DNA of 47,479 bases, filler included, from Catajapyx aquilonaris (Eukaryota), in the NCBI GenBank assembly GCA_000934665.2. It is 2 parts of 2 records of this genome, joined end to end, with 100 filler letters (N's around TTAATTAATTAA, not from the genome) between each part and the next. Parts side by side here need not be neighbours in the genome. Positions count along the whole stretch, not along the records: positions 1 to 23,400 come from JYFJ02005680.1; positions 23,501 to 47,479 come from JYFJ02005681.1. One strand, 5' to 3'. Made by a program: the position numbers and the translations under genes. Below the pieces are notes generated by a model. That model was not told the DNA's origin. It saw nothing but the letters and a program-made list of their open reading frames with translations, and did not search any database. Below are positions 1-23,597 of the stretch, piece after piece (within the stretch, counting starts at the first letter, position 1; every line of letters begins with the position of its first letter).

Positions 1-709
1 CTGAAATTACTTTCTAGGGGGGCCCGATGCAACGTGGCAAAGTTTGAGAACCGCTATTACAGTCTCGGGAATTTTTCTGTGATATCACTATGATTGTAAG
101 TTAATGTAATGTAAATATGGAGTATCTAGTGCCTACACTGCAGGAGAAAATAAATAACTTCCATCTTGGACTTATCAACTTCTGGCTTGTAGAAATTTTA
201 ATTTTAATTTTTAACCACTTAAATGAGGAAATGCAGGGAAACAATATCTCCTAAATTAATTTTAGTCCCTTTATTAGGCCTGAATGTGATGACAATAATC
301 TAAATACATTTAGTTATGAAGGTACGGTATGAAGGCGACAGGCAAGCGGCAGATAAGCACAGTAGTATTTAATTCTCGCGAAGTACGACGATTTCTGCAA
401 ATTCTTCTCGTCCTCAAGGTAGATAATCCTTATATTTTAAAGTATTTCATAATTAAATCAGCCTAACAGTTGACTGGAAGTAGGCCTACTTGAATTGCAA
501 TTTTTTTGCGACGATTTTTCGGAAATTAATTTACGGGCTTATCGTATTCGAGAATAATTCTCGTCTCCAACGCATACATTGTGTCCATAGGGGAATGAGT
601 GCCAAAAACCACCATTTGTTCAAGCACAATATTGAAGAGTGGGCATGCACAAGGCCAAAATTCAAGATTGGAGAAAATCGCATATTTTTCCTCCCGCGTG
701 TCTAAAATA

Positions 710-1138
710 TACAGGGTGTATCTGAACTCAGTGCCCCGACGTATATGACTGCCTTCCTAGCCACCAGAGGATCGATTTAAGTATAGGAGTCATTATGTTT
801 GGCCGCCGCATTACGAAGATAATTGGCCGCAAACATGTAGTACAAAATATCCTGTCGGTTAGGCCACCCATCGAACCCTCCCCCAGTCAGAAGGCTCTGG
901 AAGGTCTGGGGGCCGGACTTTGGTGGTTTGTTGCCCACAGATGGTAAGGCCTCTTTGGCTAGTTACACCAGAAAATTCTATTTAAAAGTCAGAAGGAGAG
1001 ATTAGGCAAAAATCGCTAAAGAGTGTATCTCAGTAATGAGGCTGCCCAGACATAATGACTCCTCTACATAAGTTGATCCTCTGGTGGCTAGGAAGGCAGT
1101 CATATACGTCGGGGCACTGAGTGCAGATACACCCTGTA
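710..1138. mobile_element. Tc1/mariner-type MITE
   Basis: TA-flanked long TIRs cagggtgtatctg(a/c)actcagtgccccgacgtatatgactgccttcc at both ends. Confidence 0.85.
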
Positions 1139-1179
1139 TACATGAAACTGCTAGGTAATAATTTAAATTACAAATACAC

Positions 1180-1502
1180 CGGGATGTGCAGTGGCCGAGA
1201 TGGTAACGTCTCAGCTTGCTGAGTGAAAGGTCCCAAGCTCGATCCCCGCCTGGGAGTTCCCTTTCGCCTGCGTCAGGTGTCGTCTGGCAACCTAACCTCC
1301 TGGGGAACAGCACATGACCCCTTTTCAGACATTGCACTTGCACCCATGTTCCCTTCCAAAAAAATCCCTATCCTTACCATATGTCCTTGATTCCTTGCAC
1401 CAGAGTTGAAGGAAATGCAGAAAATTGAGGGGGAAAATGGTCATATACCAACCCCCTAAAAGGGCCGCTGGCCTTTATCACGGGGTAGCGTAATTTTTTT
1501 AA
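1180..1502 (+). mobile_element. tRNA-derived SINE (family 1)
   Basis: A box (tggccgagatgg), degenerate B box (gctcgatcccc), tail ccccctaaaagggcc..tatcacggggt, 10-bp TSD acaaatacac (1170-1179 / 1503-1512). Confidence 0.8.
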
Positions 1503-2381
1503 ACAAATACACGGTCCCATGGTGTGGAGTATGCAAAACTGACCATTTTATTGCTCTACAAATGCATTAGAAAAGATCAAAAACTGAAAATAAGAAAGCT
1601 CTAAGTGCCATTGTGCCTTGCATTTCGTCGCTGTTCTGACAAAACCTCGTAAGCGCCACCAGGCGCCGATATGTTTTATTGCACATTCGAGAACAATCTG
1701 TCCCCCTTTACGTCCGGCGAAAACCTCGGAACCATTGGCCCCATGGAAAAGCTCCATGTGGTCACATGACCAAAACACGTATCCACTTGGAAGCCTTCCT
1801 GTGCGCAAAACCCAAGGCAAAACCATGTAAGAAACAGTTCCGCCATGACAGCTGAGCACGTGGTAGGACCCCTCCATCAATCTTGGGAGTGCAAGCTAGG
1901 AATAATGACTCATAATTTCATTAGGACTCATGCCTTCGGAAAACGGTTTTTTGTCTCCTGTGAAATTTGCTTTTTGTTGCATACGAGGTTTTGTCAGAAC
2001 AGCGACGATTTGCTGTGTATGGAAGGGTGTATGTGCCACAAATTTTCAAAATAAAAAGGATGAATGAAAGGGCTACACACAACCTCACTGGACAGCATAG
2101 ATCATTAGAATGTTTAGTCTTGTTCAGATAGATTTGGCAGCATCTTGCACAGATCGGCACACTTCCCTGTTGAAATTCTGCTCGAACACTGCAGAATAGA
2201 AATGTTCATGTTCTGTATATGTCCGTGTCTTCTTACTTCTCTTGAGTACCGGTACTTTACTCGTAAGTTGTCCACTTTCAGTTGCCCAGCACAGTTGTAA
2301 CTCCATATCACCATGCTCTTCTGGCCCACCCTGCTGAGTGCTGACCAGCCCCCCGACACTCCCCTTATTATCAGCTCTTAT

Positions 2382-2528
2382 TGCCTGCCGGGGCGTTTTG
2401 CGGGAGGTGCTCACTCGAGAGCGCCTTTCACTGCTGTAAATACGTGTGGCAACCCTACTGGAATGCGCTGAACTTAGGTAGAAGGGAAGCGAGTGAGCAC
2501 CTCCCGCAAAACGCCCCGGCAGGCGATA
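2382..2528. repeat. Short palindromic element (MITE-like)
   Basis: gcctgccggggcgttttgcgggaggtgctcactcg and its exact reverse complement at about 2490-2525. Confidence 0.75.
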
Positions 2529-2597
2529 TGAGGGAGGGACCAGACCTTAGTATTCTAAGGCCATGCGCCTGACAGTTATGTAAAAATGCAGTGTAAT

Positions 2598-2900
2598 TAC
2601 AGGGTGTCCCATAAGTTTGAACTCTTAGGGATTTCTCACAGTAGTGTTTTGGTATTATGATGTAACCATAGTAACAATTTTATAGTGACTTTGAAAATTT
2701 AAATACATTTAATTAAGTTTCAAGTTAATTGCACTTTAATTTTTTCTGGACCACCCTGTAGGTGAATTTTTTTGGCTTTTTACATTCAAAAGGCCCATTC
2801 CCACGAGTTAAAATGATAAATATATTGTTTTTCATTAATATCACTTCTACAAATTTTCGTCAAAAAGAGAAGAAAACGGCCCAAAAAACTCAGGCGACAA
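2598..2900. repeat. Dispersed mariner-MITE-like repeat, second copy at about 14078-14385
   Basis: cagggtgtcc..taag..actctta, gtaaccatagtaacaattttatagt and cacgagttaaaatgataaatat are shared by both loci. Confidence 0.75.
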
Positions 2901-3681
2901 AGGAGTAATATAAAAGTCTCAGCCAGCCTGGAATTTTGCGATGGCGGCACATCGGGGCTCCAGTGACACTCAGACGGACGCCTTGTCACCTTCTGAACCG
3001 ATACAAACCAAACAGAACCCACTGTAGAGCTCTCTCAGGATGGGTAGGAAACCCCAAACAAGTCCAAGGGTGCTGGACTTTTTTTATCCCCACGCACTGC
3101 ACAGCATCGAGCGGCTGATCCGCCCACCAGCCACCCAAGTGTGACTGGGGCCTCGTTGGAGCGCCTGCAGCGCCAAGGGGGAGACTTTTATATTACACTA
3201 CCGCATCAGAGGAGTTGAGCGGGGCTGTTTGTGAGTAATGACTAATAGGGTTTAATGAATGACCTATGTTGCCCCTAATGTGAAAGCAGTCATTTTACCA
3301 AAATTCTCATAAGGAATTATATTTTGAAATATGCATATGACGACACCAAGCAAGGTGCAGTACTTTCTAAAAAAAAAGGTAGCCTTGTTACAAAAGAAAT
3401 TTATGCGGAGAGAAAACAGACTTCATATGCACAATCAGCGCCTACTAATACATCAGAAAGTGAAAATGGAACGGTTTAGTGCAAAACCAGGATAAGTCCA
3501 CTTTTGTTTGTGCCCTCGGTACCCTTTACGCTGTCACTTGGGAGGACTATATTTCCTCAATGGACTACATGACAGGTCTGATTTTTGTACCAATATATGC
3601 AGAATGGCCCCAAGGTAGCAGAAACATCCATAACTCCCTTTCTGCCAAAAGTGGACTTATCCGTTTTTTGCACCAAACCTT

Positions 3682-3936
3682 CAATTGAGTGGCTGAGAAG
3701 CAAAGTGGTTCATGTCGAAATTCGGCCATTTTGAGTTATCGCTTGCATGGCATTCCCCATGCCCAACTCTGTTTGTAACTTGGCCTAAAGACATTTGTAA
3801 TATTTGCTAATCAAATTATTAAGTTAATGTGACTTACTTTTACTGTGGCTGCAAGGCAAGCCTAGAACTTTGAATGCATTTATCTCAAAACTAACTTTTT
3901 CGACATGTACCACTCTGCTTCTCAGCCACTCAATTG
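3682..3936. mobile_element. MITE
   Basis: TIRs caattgagtggctgagaagca.agtggt.catgtcgaaa and reverse complement. Confidence 0.75.
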
Positions 3937-4039
3937 TACAATTAACAAAACCATTGTTCACCATGATAATTAGTTAATAACCTTGTATATTGGGACATGC
4001 AAAAAAATTACTATTTTGTAATTATTTCTTCATAATTTC

Positions 4040-4356
4040 TTTATTCCTTTTAAATCAGCTCAATTGTAAGAGCTACAAAAAGACCAAGGAAATCAAAACA
4101 TGATCAATGGCATATTGATTTTCATTTGAAAAGTTAAATAATTAGCAATGGTTTTCTTGGCCAGTCCAGGCTAAAAATGCAACAGGAACGTCTGCACTGC
4201 ATGCACTTCATGATTACAAATGCAGTTCAGCGACTCATACTTCTGTGGAATGAATAGCTGCAGTAGCCTACCTACCCTTCCACCAGATGTACACGTCTTA
4301 TCTGTTTTGTTTTTTGTTTTATCATCATTGATTCATCCGTAAGTGCATCTCACCTG
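4040..4356 (-). other. Putative terminal 3'UTR exon of the hnRNP gene
   Basis: Donor TAG|GTGAGG at 5998/5997 downstream of the stop. Pyrimidine-rich NAGNAG acceptor ttatttttcctcagcag at 4358-4354. Minus-strand AATAAA at 4045-4040. Confidence 0.55.
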
Positions 4357-4882
4357 CTGAGGAAAAATAAAGTAAAAATAAATTAAGTACATATGGAGCA
4401 AAAAATTGTACAAGGATCATTCTAATGAAAGATACCAGGCAACTCGATGCATATAGGTTTACAAATAGATTGCAAAATAATTATGTCAAGTGGGTAAATT
4501 ACAACCCTTACATTAGCCCCTTCAGCCCCAATTGCCTACATGATTGTGTAGACAATGGCAACATAGCTTAGCACAGGAGAAAAGAGCCAGAAGTTCAACG
4601 AGAAACTCGCAATTTGGACACATCCCACAGGAATTGGCTCCAGAGAAGGTGCCTGAGACCTTGGACAGCACTCAAAGTTCATCGGCACAGGCACAGCCAG
4701 ACTGTTGCAACTCATTGATAGAATTAAGCAGAGTTGTACCTCTGAAGGGTTTGCTAAGAGCTTGTCTGCCCATGGACAAACCAGTTGACATGAGAGCTCC
4801 AGTATGGCCAATCTAAATTCTAACTTGGATTCTACACCTTCCCTTTTGGGCACAACTGGAAGAGGCTTTCAGGTTTACACTG

Positions 4883-5398
4883 ACAACCAAACTAATACTT
4901 CTTACCCGCCTAAATTTTGACAATTTTTGGATTTTCTAATTCTGCTTGACCTATAGTGTTGTGCAAACATCACCTCTGCTGCTAATTTTCACATTAGCAG
5001 GGTCAAAATACAAGCCAAAGACCGATATTCCGAAGCCACAACACCTGCATCCGGTCGCCGGTCCCGGTTGGCCAGTTGCAGGTCGTCGCGACTGATATCG
5101 GTGATATGTAAATGATTGATTAAACTTGATATATGAATTGCTACACAAAATCGATTTAGAAGCGTGTGAGGTCATATTCTACTTGCTCCCGCCACCCTAG
5201 AGCACGCTACAGTCGCGGCGACCGGGGACCTGCAACCGTCTGCTAGGTGTTGTGGCTTCGGAATATCGCATTTAACTTGTATTTTGAATTGAAAATTAGA
5301 AGCAGAGGTGATGTTTGCACAACACTATAGGCCAAGTAGAATGAGAAAATCCAAAAAACTTCGAAATTTAGGAGGGTAAGAAGAGTTAGTTTGGTTGT
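4883..5398. mobile_element. Palindromic (foldback) MITE in the hnRNP 3'UTR intron
   Basis: Arms of about 200 bp (aaccaaactaa.., ctatagtgttgtgcaaacatcacctctgct, gatattccgaagccacaacacct) are reverse complements of each other. Confidence 0.8.
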
Positions 5399-6046
5399 GA
5401 GTTGGGGTATCAGCACGTGAATGATTTTTTATAGTAGATGTCCCGTCAAATGGGGCTACTTTGTACCAATTTTTGGTTATTTTGGTTAATATCTCCCTTA
5501 CTACTGCAGTTTGACCATTCCCTCTAGGCACAATAAAAACCGTGAAAATTAGGGTTCCGCAACTTCTAGTAGTTCTCAAATCAGTCAAATTTTCACAAAA
5601 TTATTATTTGCCAAAAGGTTATATCGAAACATAAAAATCGGCTTCACTGGTCAGGAGCACCAATTTTTTGCGCATTTTTGGGTGCTTGTTACGACATCAC
5701 TTAAAATTTCACGTCGTCGTAAATTACTCCCGTATGCAAATGACTTTTAAAAATATTATATTAAGAATATGGGAAAAGTACCACACACGTGTAAGAGAGA
5801 GGTCAGTTACACTTCCACAAAAAAAAAAAAATCGGTTCTGCTGCTGCTACGTTAGCGATATTTTTTCTCCCCAATTCTCTTTATCCCCCCCTTAAAAGGG
5901 TTTCAGTTCCCCCTAAAAGTTTCTCTGAATTATGAAACACACTATATCACTATTCCATTACAATACTTCAAAAAAAAAAAAAATACAATTGCCTCACCTA
6001 GGTGAAAAAAAAGCTCCATTCACCCACCATCCTTCTTGCCTTCTCT

Positions 6047-18003
<11,957 letters not shown>

Positions 18004-19061
18004 TCTTGTATCTTAAATTGAAGTGATATAACATCCCAGTATTAAAACAAACATTCTCACCCTCCTTTATTGGTGGGTCATTCCAAATCAAATCAGGTAA
18101 TGGTGGCAGCTCAAATCATCACAGATTTTGTTGCCAAAAAACGCATGTATGGGCAGGCATACATGCATTTTTTTGCAACAAACTCTGTGATGATTTGAAC
18201 TGATATAAGGGGGGGCTTCGTCTCGGGTGGTATTTCCAACAGACTAAACCACCCGGGGGAGTTCACTAAAAATGGCCACGTTTAAGACATTACATTGCAC
18301 TGCACCTTGCACATCCCCTCCTGTCATCCTGCCCGTGGGCCCGGGCGATTCGCTCAAGGTTCCAGCATTGTACTGCATTGTACTTCAAGTATAATAAAGG
18401 TCCGTGCCGCATACCCTATATAGGGTCAGGCACTACCCAAGGATTATTATTATTATATTATTATTAACTGATATATGGGCATACCTCAGTTGTTAATCAA
18501 GACAATTGCAGCAGCCAATGAGAAAATCTCACTGAGATATCGCCACGGCTATTTGTCTGTTACGGCAAGAATCACACATGATGGAAAATTTATTGCGAAC
18601 CAAGATCTTGATAATGATATTATAACCCCATGGTCATATGCAGGATATTCCAAATGAAATGTCTATCAAAGCATGGTTTTTCTCTCTCTTTCTCTAAGCA
18701 GCTCATTTTTAACACTTTAAACACTGCTCTAAGGAATTCACATTGCCAGAACAGGGAACTCTTTGTTGCAAAGACAGAGACAATCCCCCCCCCCCCAAAA
18801 AAGGAGGTTGCTTATTAGCCATGGGTTTGAGATACATTGCAGGACAAGTGCTGCCGCCTCTCCCTTGAGTAAGTTTTAGCATGACCTGGTATTTAAGAGT
18901 TATTGATCTTTAAATCAATACTTAGGCTTTTCTGGCCAAACCAGAACAGGAAAAAGTGTGCAAACTATTCTTCTGCGATTGGAAGTGCCCAGGTGAAGTA
19001 CTAGATTGCTCAAAAAGATGGAGATGATTGTGAATTTCCCTCAATGTCTTTTTGAGCGATA

Positions 19062-20407
19062 TACGAAGGCCAGTCGGAAAATAAGTTTTGCGATGCTACG
19101 TTTCGACACCATGTGATGGACAGGGTAAAGACAAGCATGAGCAGGGGAGTCAAACCTTCTGGTACTTTACAAGATGGGTAGGCACCATCTGTAGCCACCT
19201 TGTAGCCACAGCAGCCGTCAGATGCGACCGAGAGGCCAGCAGAGCCTGCCCACCCACATTCCACCATAAGTCATGGCAGACAGATGTGCGCTGGTCACAA
19301 GGTCTAATGCAGAAGTGAGGGCAGTTGTGACATTATCCACTCCGACTCGTGTGGCGTTATTGTCATAGTGGCCATGGTCGGCTGTCTGAGTCTCTAGTTG
19401 TCCTTCACGCTCGCATGCCCATCACGGAATTGCTGGCACCATTTGCTCTTACATGGCGTCCAGACTATACACCACCAGCCAGCAATGAATGTTGTATGTC
19501 GTAGGCCTATGTCGAATGTCGACCACCCATAGCGAACCGCCCCACTTCAGCCTTCTGTCATGTGACCAACACTCGTCTGTCTGCCATGACTTTTGGCAGA
19601 ATGTGGACGGGCATGCTCTCCTTGGCACTAGGTCTCGTCCAAAAGCTGCTGCGCCTGTGCACAAGCTGCAAGATGGCGCTTACCCATCCTATAAATTACC
19701 AGAAGGTTTAACTTCCCTGCTCATTCTTGTCTTTACCCTGTCCATCATATGGTGTCAAAACTGTAGCATCACGAAACTTAAGAGTAAAACTTCTATAAGT
19801 CGAACTTCCCTAACTCGAAGTTCTCTATAAGTCGAAGAAAATGATGAGCTTGGTTGGTCACAATGTAAAATAATAGGAAATAAACTTCCCTAACTCGAAT
19901 GTCTATAACTCGAAGTTCTCCATTACTCGAGATGCTGGCAGGGCCTTACTATGGGATATCAATGCATTTTCAGTCTCCATAAGACGAAGTTAATGTTGGC
20001 GAATACGGAAAATTTCTCATTTCGCAGCCAAAGGGTGGAGAGTAGGTCACATGTACAGAAAGGCTCAATTTCCTGATCGCCGTCTACCAGACGTACCGAA
20101 AGAAGTGTTTCACTCGATTGTGACAATTATTGAATCCTTGAATCTAAGAGTAGGCAAATGTCCATAATGGAGCTTTTTTTCACACCAAAACAAAGAGGTA
20201 TACATTGTAAGTGTGATAGTGACAATTATGTTTAAGTGTTGAACACCTTTTCTCGCTGGATATAAAAGTAGGCTTCCTTATAGAGTTATGTGCTTTAAAA
20301 AAGCCAAACTTCTCTAACTCAAATCTTCTATAACTCGAAGTTTTTTTCCGGTCCCATGCAGATTCGACTTATAGAAGTTTTACTGTATTTTCTGACTGAC
20401 CTTCGTA
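19062..20407. mobile_element. Mariner-type MITE whose right TIR is split by a Tigger-like MITE (19781-20385)
   Basis: Left TIR tacgaaggccagtcggaaaataagttttgcgatgctac. Right TIR gtagcatcacgaaactta|..|ttttctgactgaccttcgta. The insert has TIRs agtaaaacttctataagtcgaa and is TA-flanked. Confidence 0.85.
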
Positions 20408-20934
20408 GTAACTGAATGTATTCTGGATCTTAAAACACTGAAAGAATGCCATTAAATAAACAGCACATCACCATATTTAACATTGTCTGTGAAAGTTCAA
20501 ATGTGGCTGCCTGAACATGCAAGCACGCTAACACTCTGACGTTGATTCTTGGTTTTATTAATCGCTGGGCATGAATTGATCCATACTATTTTCTGTGATC
20601 TAACAAATATGAACATTTATTCTCTCCATCGTCTCCCCCTCCATAAATATTTGATTTTTTGTGACTTGGAGATGAAATATAAATACCATACTCTGAGTAA
20701 CCAGTCCAGTCTCACTGGTGATTACCCAATCATATCATATAAGTTTTCTAATCATTATCTTACTTATCAATCTAGTATCATTTATTTCTGCTACATGAAT
20801 AAATAATTATAAAGTGTTATTGCATTTGTTAAAAAAGAAAAGAAAATGGAATGTATAATCAACAGGGGCAACCCCCCCCCTCAAGGTGTTTCACCTTATG
20901 AAGTAAATAAATAAATAAATAACATTATTATTAT

Positions 20935-21574
20935 TAGGGGGCGGATAGTTATGTTTTACATAGTTTTTTCCTCTGTATGCACGAGGGCGTGATTTGTACG
21001 AAAATCCGAATCATGACATCAGGAGTCCAAAAAAGTGGGTCTTATTTTGCATATAAAAGAATATTTCGAGCTTAACGACATATTTTGACTTTAGCGACAT
21101 ATTAGGAATATTTCACGCTTTTTACTTTGTTATCTTGTTATCCACCTTTTTTTTGTATTGTATTTATTACGTTGCAAACCTTGGAACAATAGCTTACCTT
21201 TTTGAAACGCACCAATAATGACATATGTGGAGCGGTCATTTTCAATACTCAAGGCCACTCTGAGTGAGACAAGGCAGCAATTAACTGCATCCAATTTGGA
21301 AAAAATTATTGTCTCTCATTGTCACTTCAATAGTGAAACTGAAGACAATTGATGAAAATGATCAAGTTGTGTAAGAAATAAACCTCTTGTGTGAGATAAA
21401 GTCTGAAGTCCATGGCACATAATTTGCATGTATTTATTTTTCAGGGTAACGCAAGAATAAATCGCGAATTAAATGCAAGTTTAAGAGAATATTTGAGAGA
21501 ATATTTCGCTATTTTTGGGGGAATATTTGCATGCATATTTCGACCTTTTTAAGAGCATAACTATCCGCCGCCTA
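20935..21574. mobile_element. hAT-type MITE
   Basis: TIRs tagggggcggatagttatg / cataactatccgccgccta, with 8-bp TSD attattat. Confidence 0.75.
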
Positions 21575-21724
21575 ATTATTATTCATTGGGAATGAAAACT
21601 TCTTGTGCTTTAGAAGGCTCTCCAAATAGATTTTACAGTTTGAAACTAGCTTTGATCAATTGCTGTATGACACTGCTGCTACACCTTGTCCATGTATTTG
21701 GGTCATCTTAGTACTTAGTTATTG

Positions 21725-21888
21725 CCAATTTCACCCAAACTTGTTATTTTTGTGCAGCTTTTTGCCCCCTAATAAAGGTGCCAAATTATTCCCCAGTGTG
21801 GTCGAATAAAGCTCCTGCTATATAATTGGGCACCTCAATTAGGCAGCAAAAAGCTGCACAAAAATAAATTTTTGTGAAATTTGCAACT
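21725..21888. repeat. Short palindromic repeat; related half-copy at about 16785-16835
   Basis: tatttttgtgcagcttttt..ggtgcc.aattat versus ataattgggcacc..aaaagctgcacaaaaata. Confidence 0.6.
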
Positions 21889-22484
21889 ACAATTACCCCC
21901 CCTCCTCCAAGAGCACTGGTCTATCTGATATAATCAAACTTTTTACACAGATCTCAGAAACCATGTGCTAGTACTACCATCCATCTGCATGCTTGCCACT
22001 GGACTTGTTTACCATGCCAAGCAGGCCTAGGCCCAGGTGCGATGTCACGAAAATCTCACCTGGGCCTAGTCCTGCCAGGCATGGTCCATCTTTGTTCTTT
22101 GAATTAGTGAGAAAATAACATACAGATCTCAATTTGTGAATAGGTTTCACCCAAAGGCTCCTATTATGTAGTCCGATTCAATGAAATACTTCTACTGGAT
22201 CCTTTGACAGCCACCCTGCGCTAGTGCCTCCTATCCAATCACCCAATGCAATCATACAAGAGATGATCAAGAAATGACTCCATCGGCCTGTATAGGGCAG
22301 CCCACAGGCATAGGGTTGACTGCGAGTGGTGATTACAGAGTGGTTATGGTGGGGGGTGGGCGGGAGCGGGCGGGAGAGAGGAGACGGGAGGAAGCATGGC
22401 GCCCGCCGGCTCGCCGCATATTCTATGGAAGCCACATTCCCTCTCCTCCCTCCATCACGCGTCGCTTTACCCGGAGATGCTCAC

Positions 22485-22750
22485 CTGGTCCCGCAAACCG
22501 CACGCACACTCACGCTGTAACACCCGGCTCCTCTAGCTCGACGGAATAGAAAGGAATGGTTGAGGCCTCCGCGGCCACGCACTATACCCACGAACCTCAC
22601 GCAATCATTCACGCCGGTCACCCACAATGGAAGTCCTCAACTGGCGAGTGGCGAGTACGGCGTGGGGGTAGGGCAGGGGGAGGCGGGGTAGTAAAAAAGG
22701 GGTCGGGTGGGTGGGTGGGTGGCGTGCTTGACAAGGTAATCGCGTAGCTG
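22485..22750 (-). promoter_or_regulatory. Putative promoter and non-coding first exon of the hnRNP gene
   Basis: GC/CpG-rich island at about 22300-22750 in AT-rich surroundings. Strong minus-strand donor CAG|GTGAGC at 22485/22484, and a candidate acceptor (ttcaatttaag) at 18013-18012 just upstream of the ATG. TSS not determinable. Confidence 0.5.
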
Positions 22751-23400
22751 TTACTAAATGGTTATGAAGCTGTTATGAAGTTATCAAAGTAGCGGCCGGC
22801 GGAATCAAGCAGAAGCGCCAAGCAAAACTAGCACGTGATGATAATACCAGTTAATGTTTAGTTGTGATCATGATCATTGCTGTTTTGCATTGAAGAGTTT
22901 ACTAATGAAAATCTATTATCTATGAAAACTATTCCAAGCATGTCGACTGCATTTTCTTTAAATTCACTTAATTATATTGTCCCACCATCTAGTGAGCTCT
23001 GGTAGAGTTGCATTATTTCAGACCGTTTCAGTACAGTACCTAAAATTGCATAGTATGCCAACCGCAACTTTCCTTGAGCCCCAAAAAAGTTGAAAATCCG
23101 CCAGGCGGCACTGCGATCGACAGGATTGCTACTCCTGCCATTACGCCTTATGGAGGAGCGCGGTTCTCCACGCCTATTTCTCGATCTATGTCGGGTTTTC
23201 GGATATCAGCTTAGTATTTTTTATGGTGGAAATGTGATACACTGTGTATTCTATTTTTCCGACTAAAAAAGGTGCACTTTAGTAGCCCTATGGGTGGGGA
23301 ATAATATTGGGAAAGTAGTAATCGCTTCGATATGGCGCTCCATATCACTTTAAAAATATCTCGTGAGACCAAATTTTATCAAAATAATATCCTTTATCTT

Positions 23401-23500
23401 NNNNNNNNNNNNNNNNNNNNNNNNNNNNNNNNNNNNNNNNNNNNTTAATTAATTAANNNNNNNNNNNNNNNNNNNNNNNNNNNNNNNNNNNNNNNNNNNN
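23401..23500. other. Artificial contig/scaffold spacer (44 N + TTAATTAATTAA + 44 N)
   Basis: Exactly 100 nt, with a six-frame stop linker at 23445-23456 centred in the Ns. Confidence 0.95.
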
Positions 23501-23597
23501 GACCGTGTCGTAGAGTTGACTTTACATGTTGAGTATGAGTCCAGTAATTGTGGCATATGAACAGCGCACAATGTATGATTAAAACAACTTAACCCTA

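Noticed and set aside
490..5895. Short ORFs as transposases or genes in the left flank
   Set aside because: No DDE or RT motifs and no consistent splice structure; most overlap MITE arms or use non-ATG starts.
23445..23456. TTAATTAATTAA as a biological motif
   Set aside because: Assembly linker centred in the N run.
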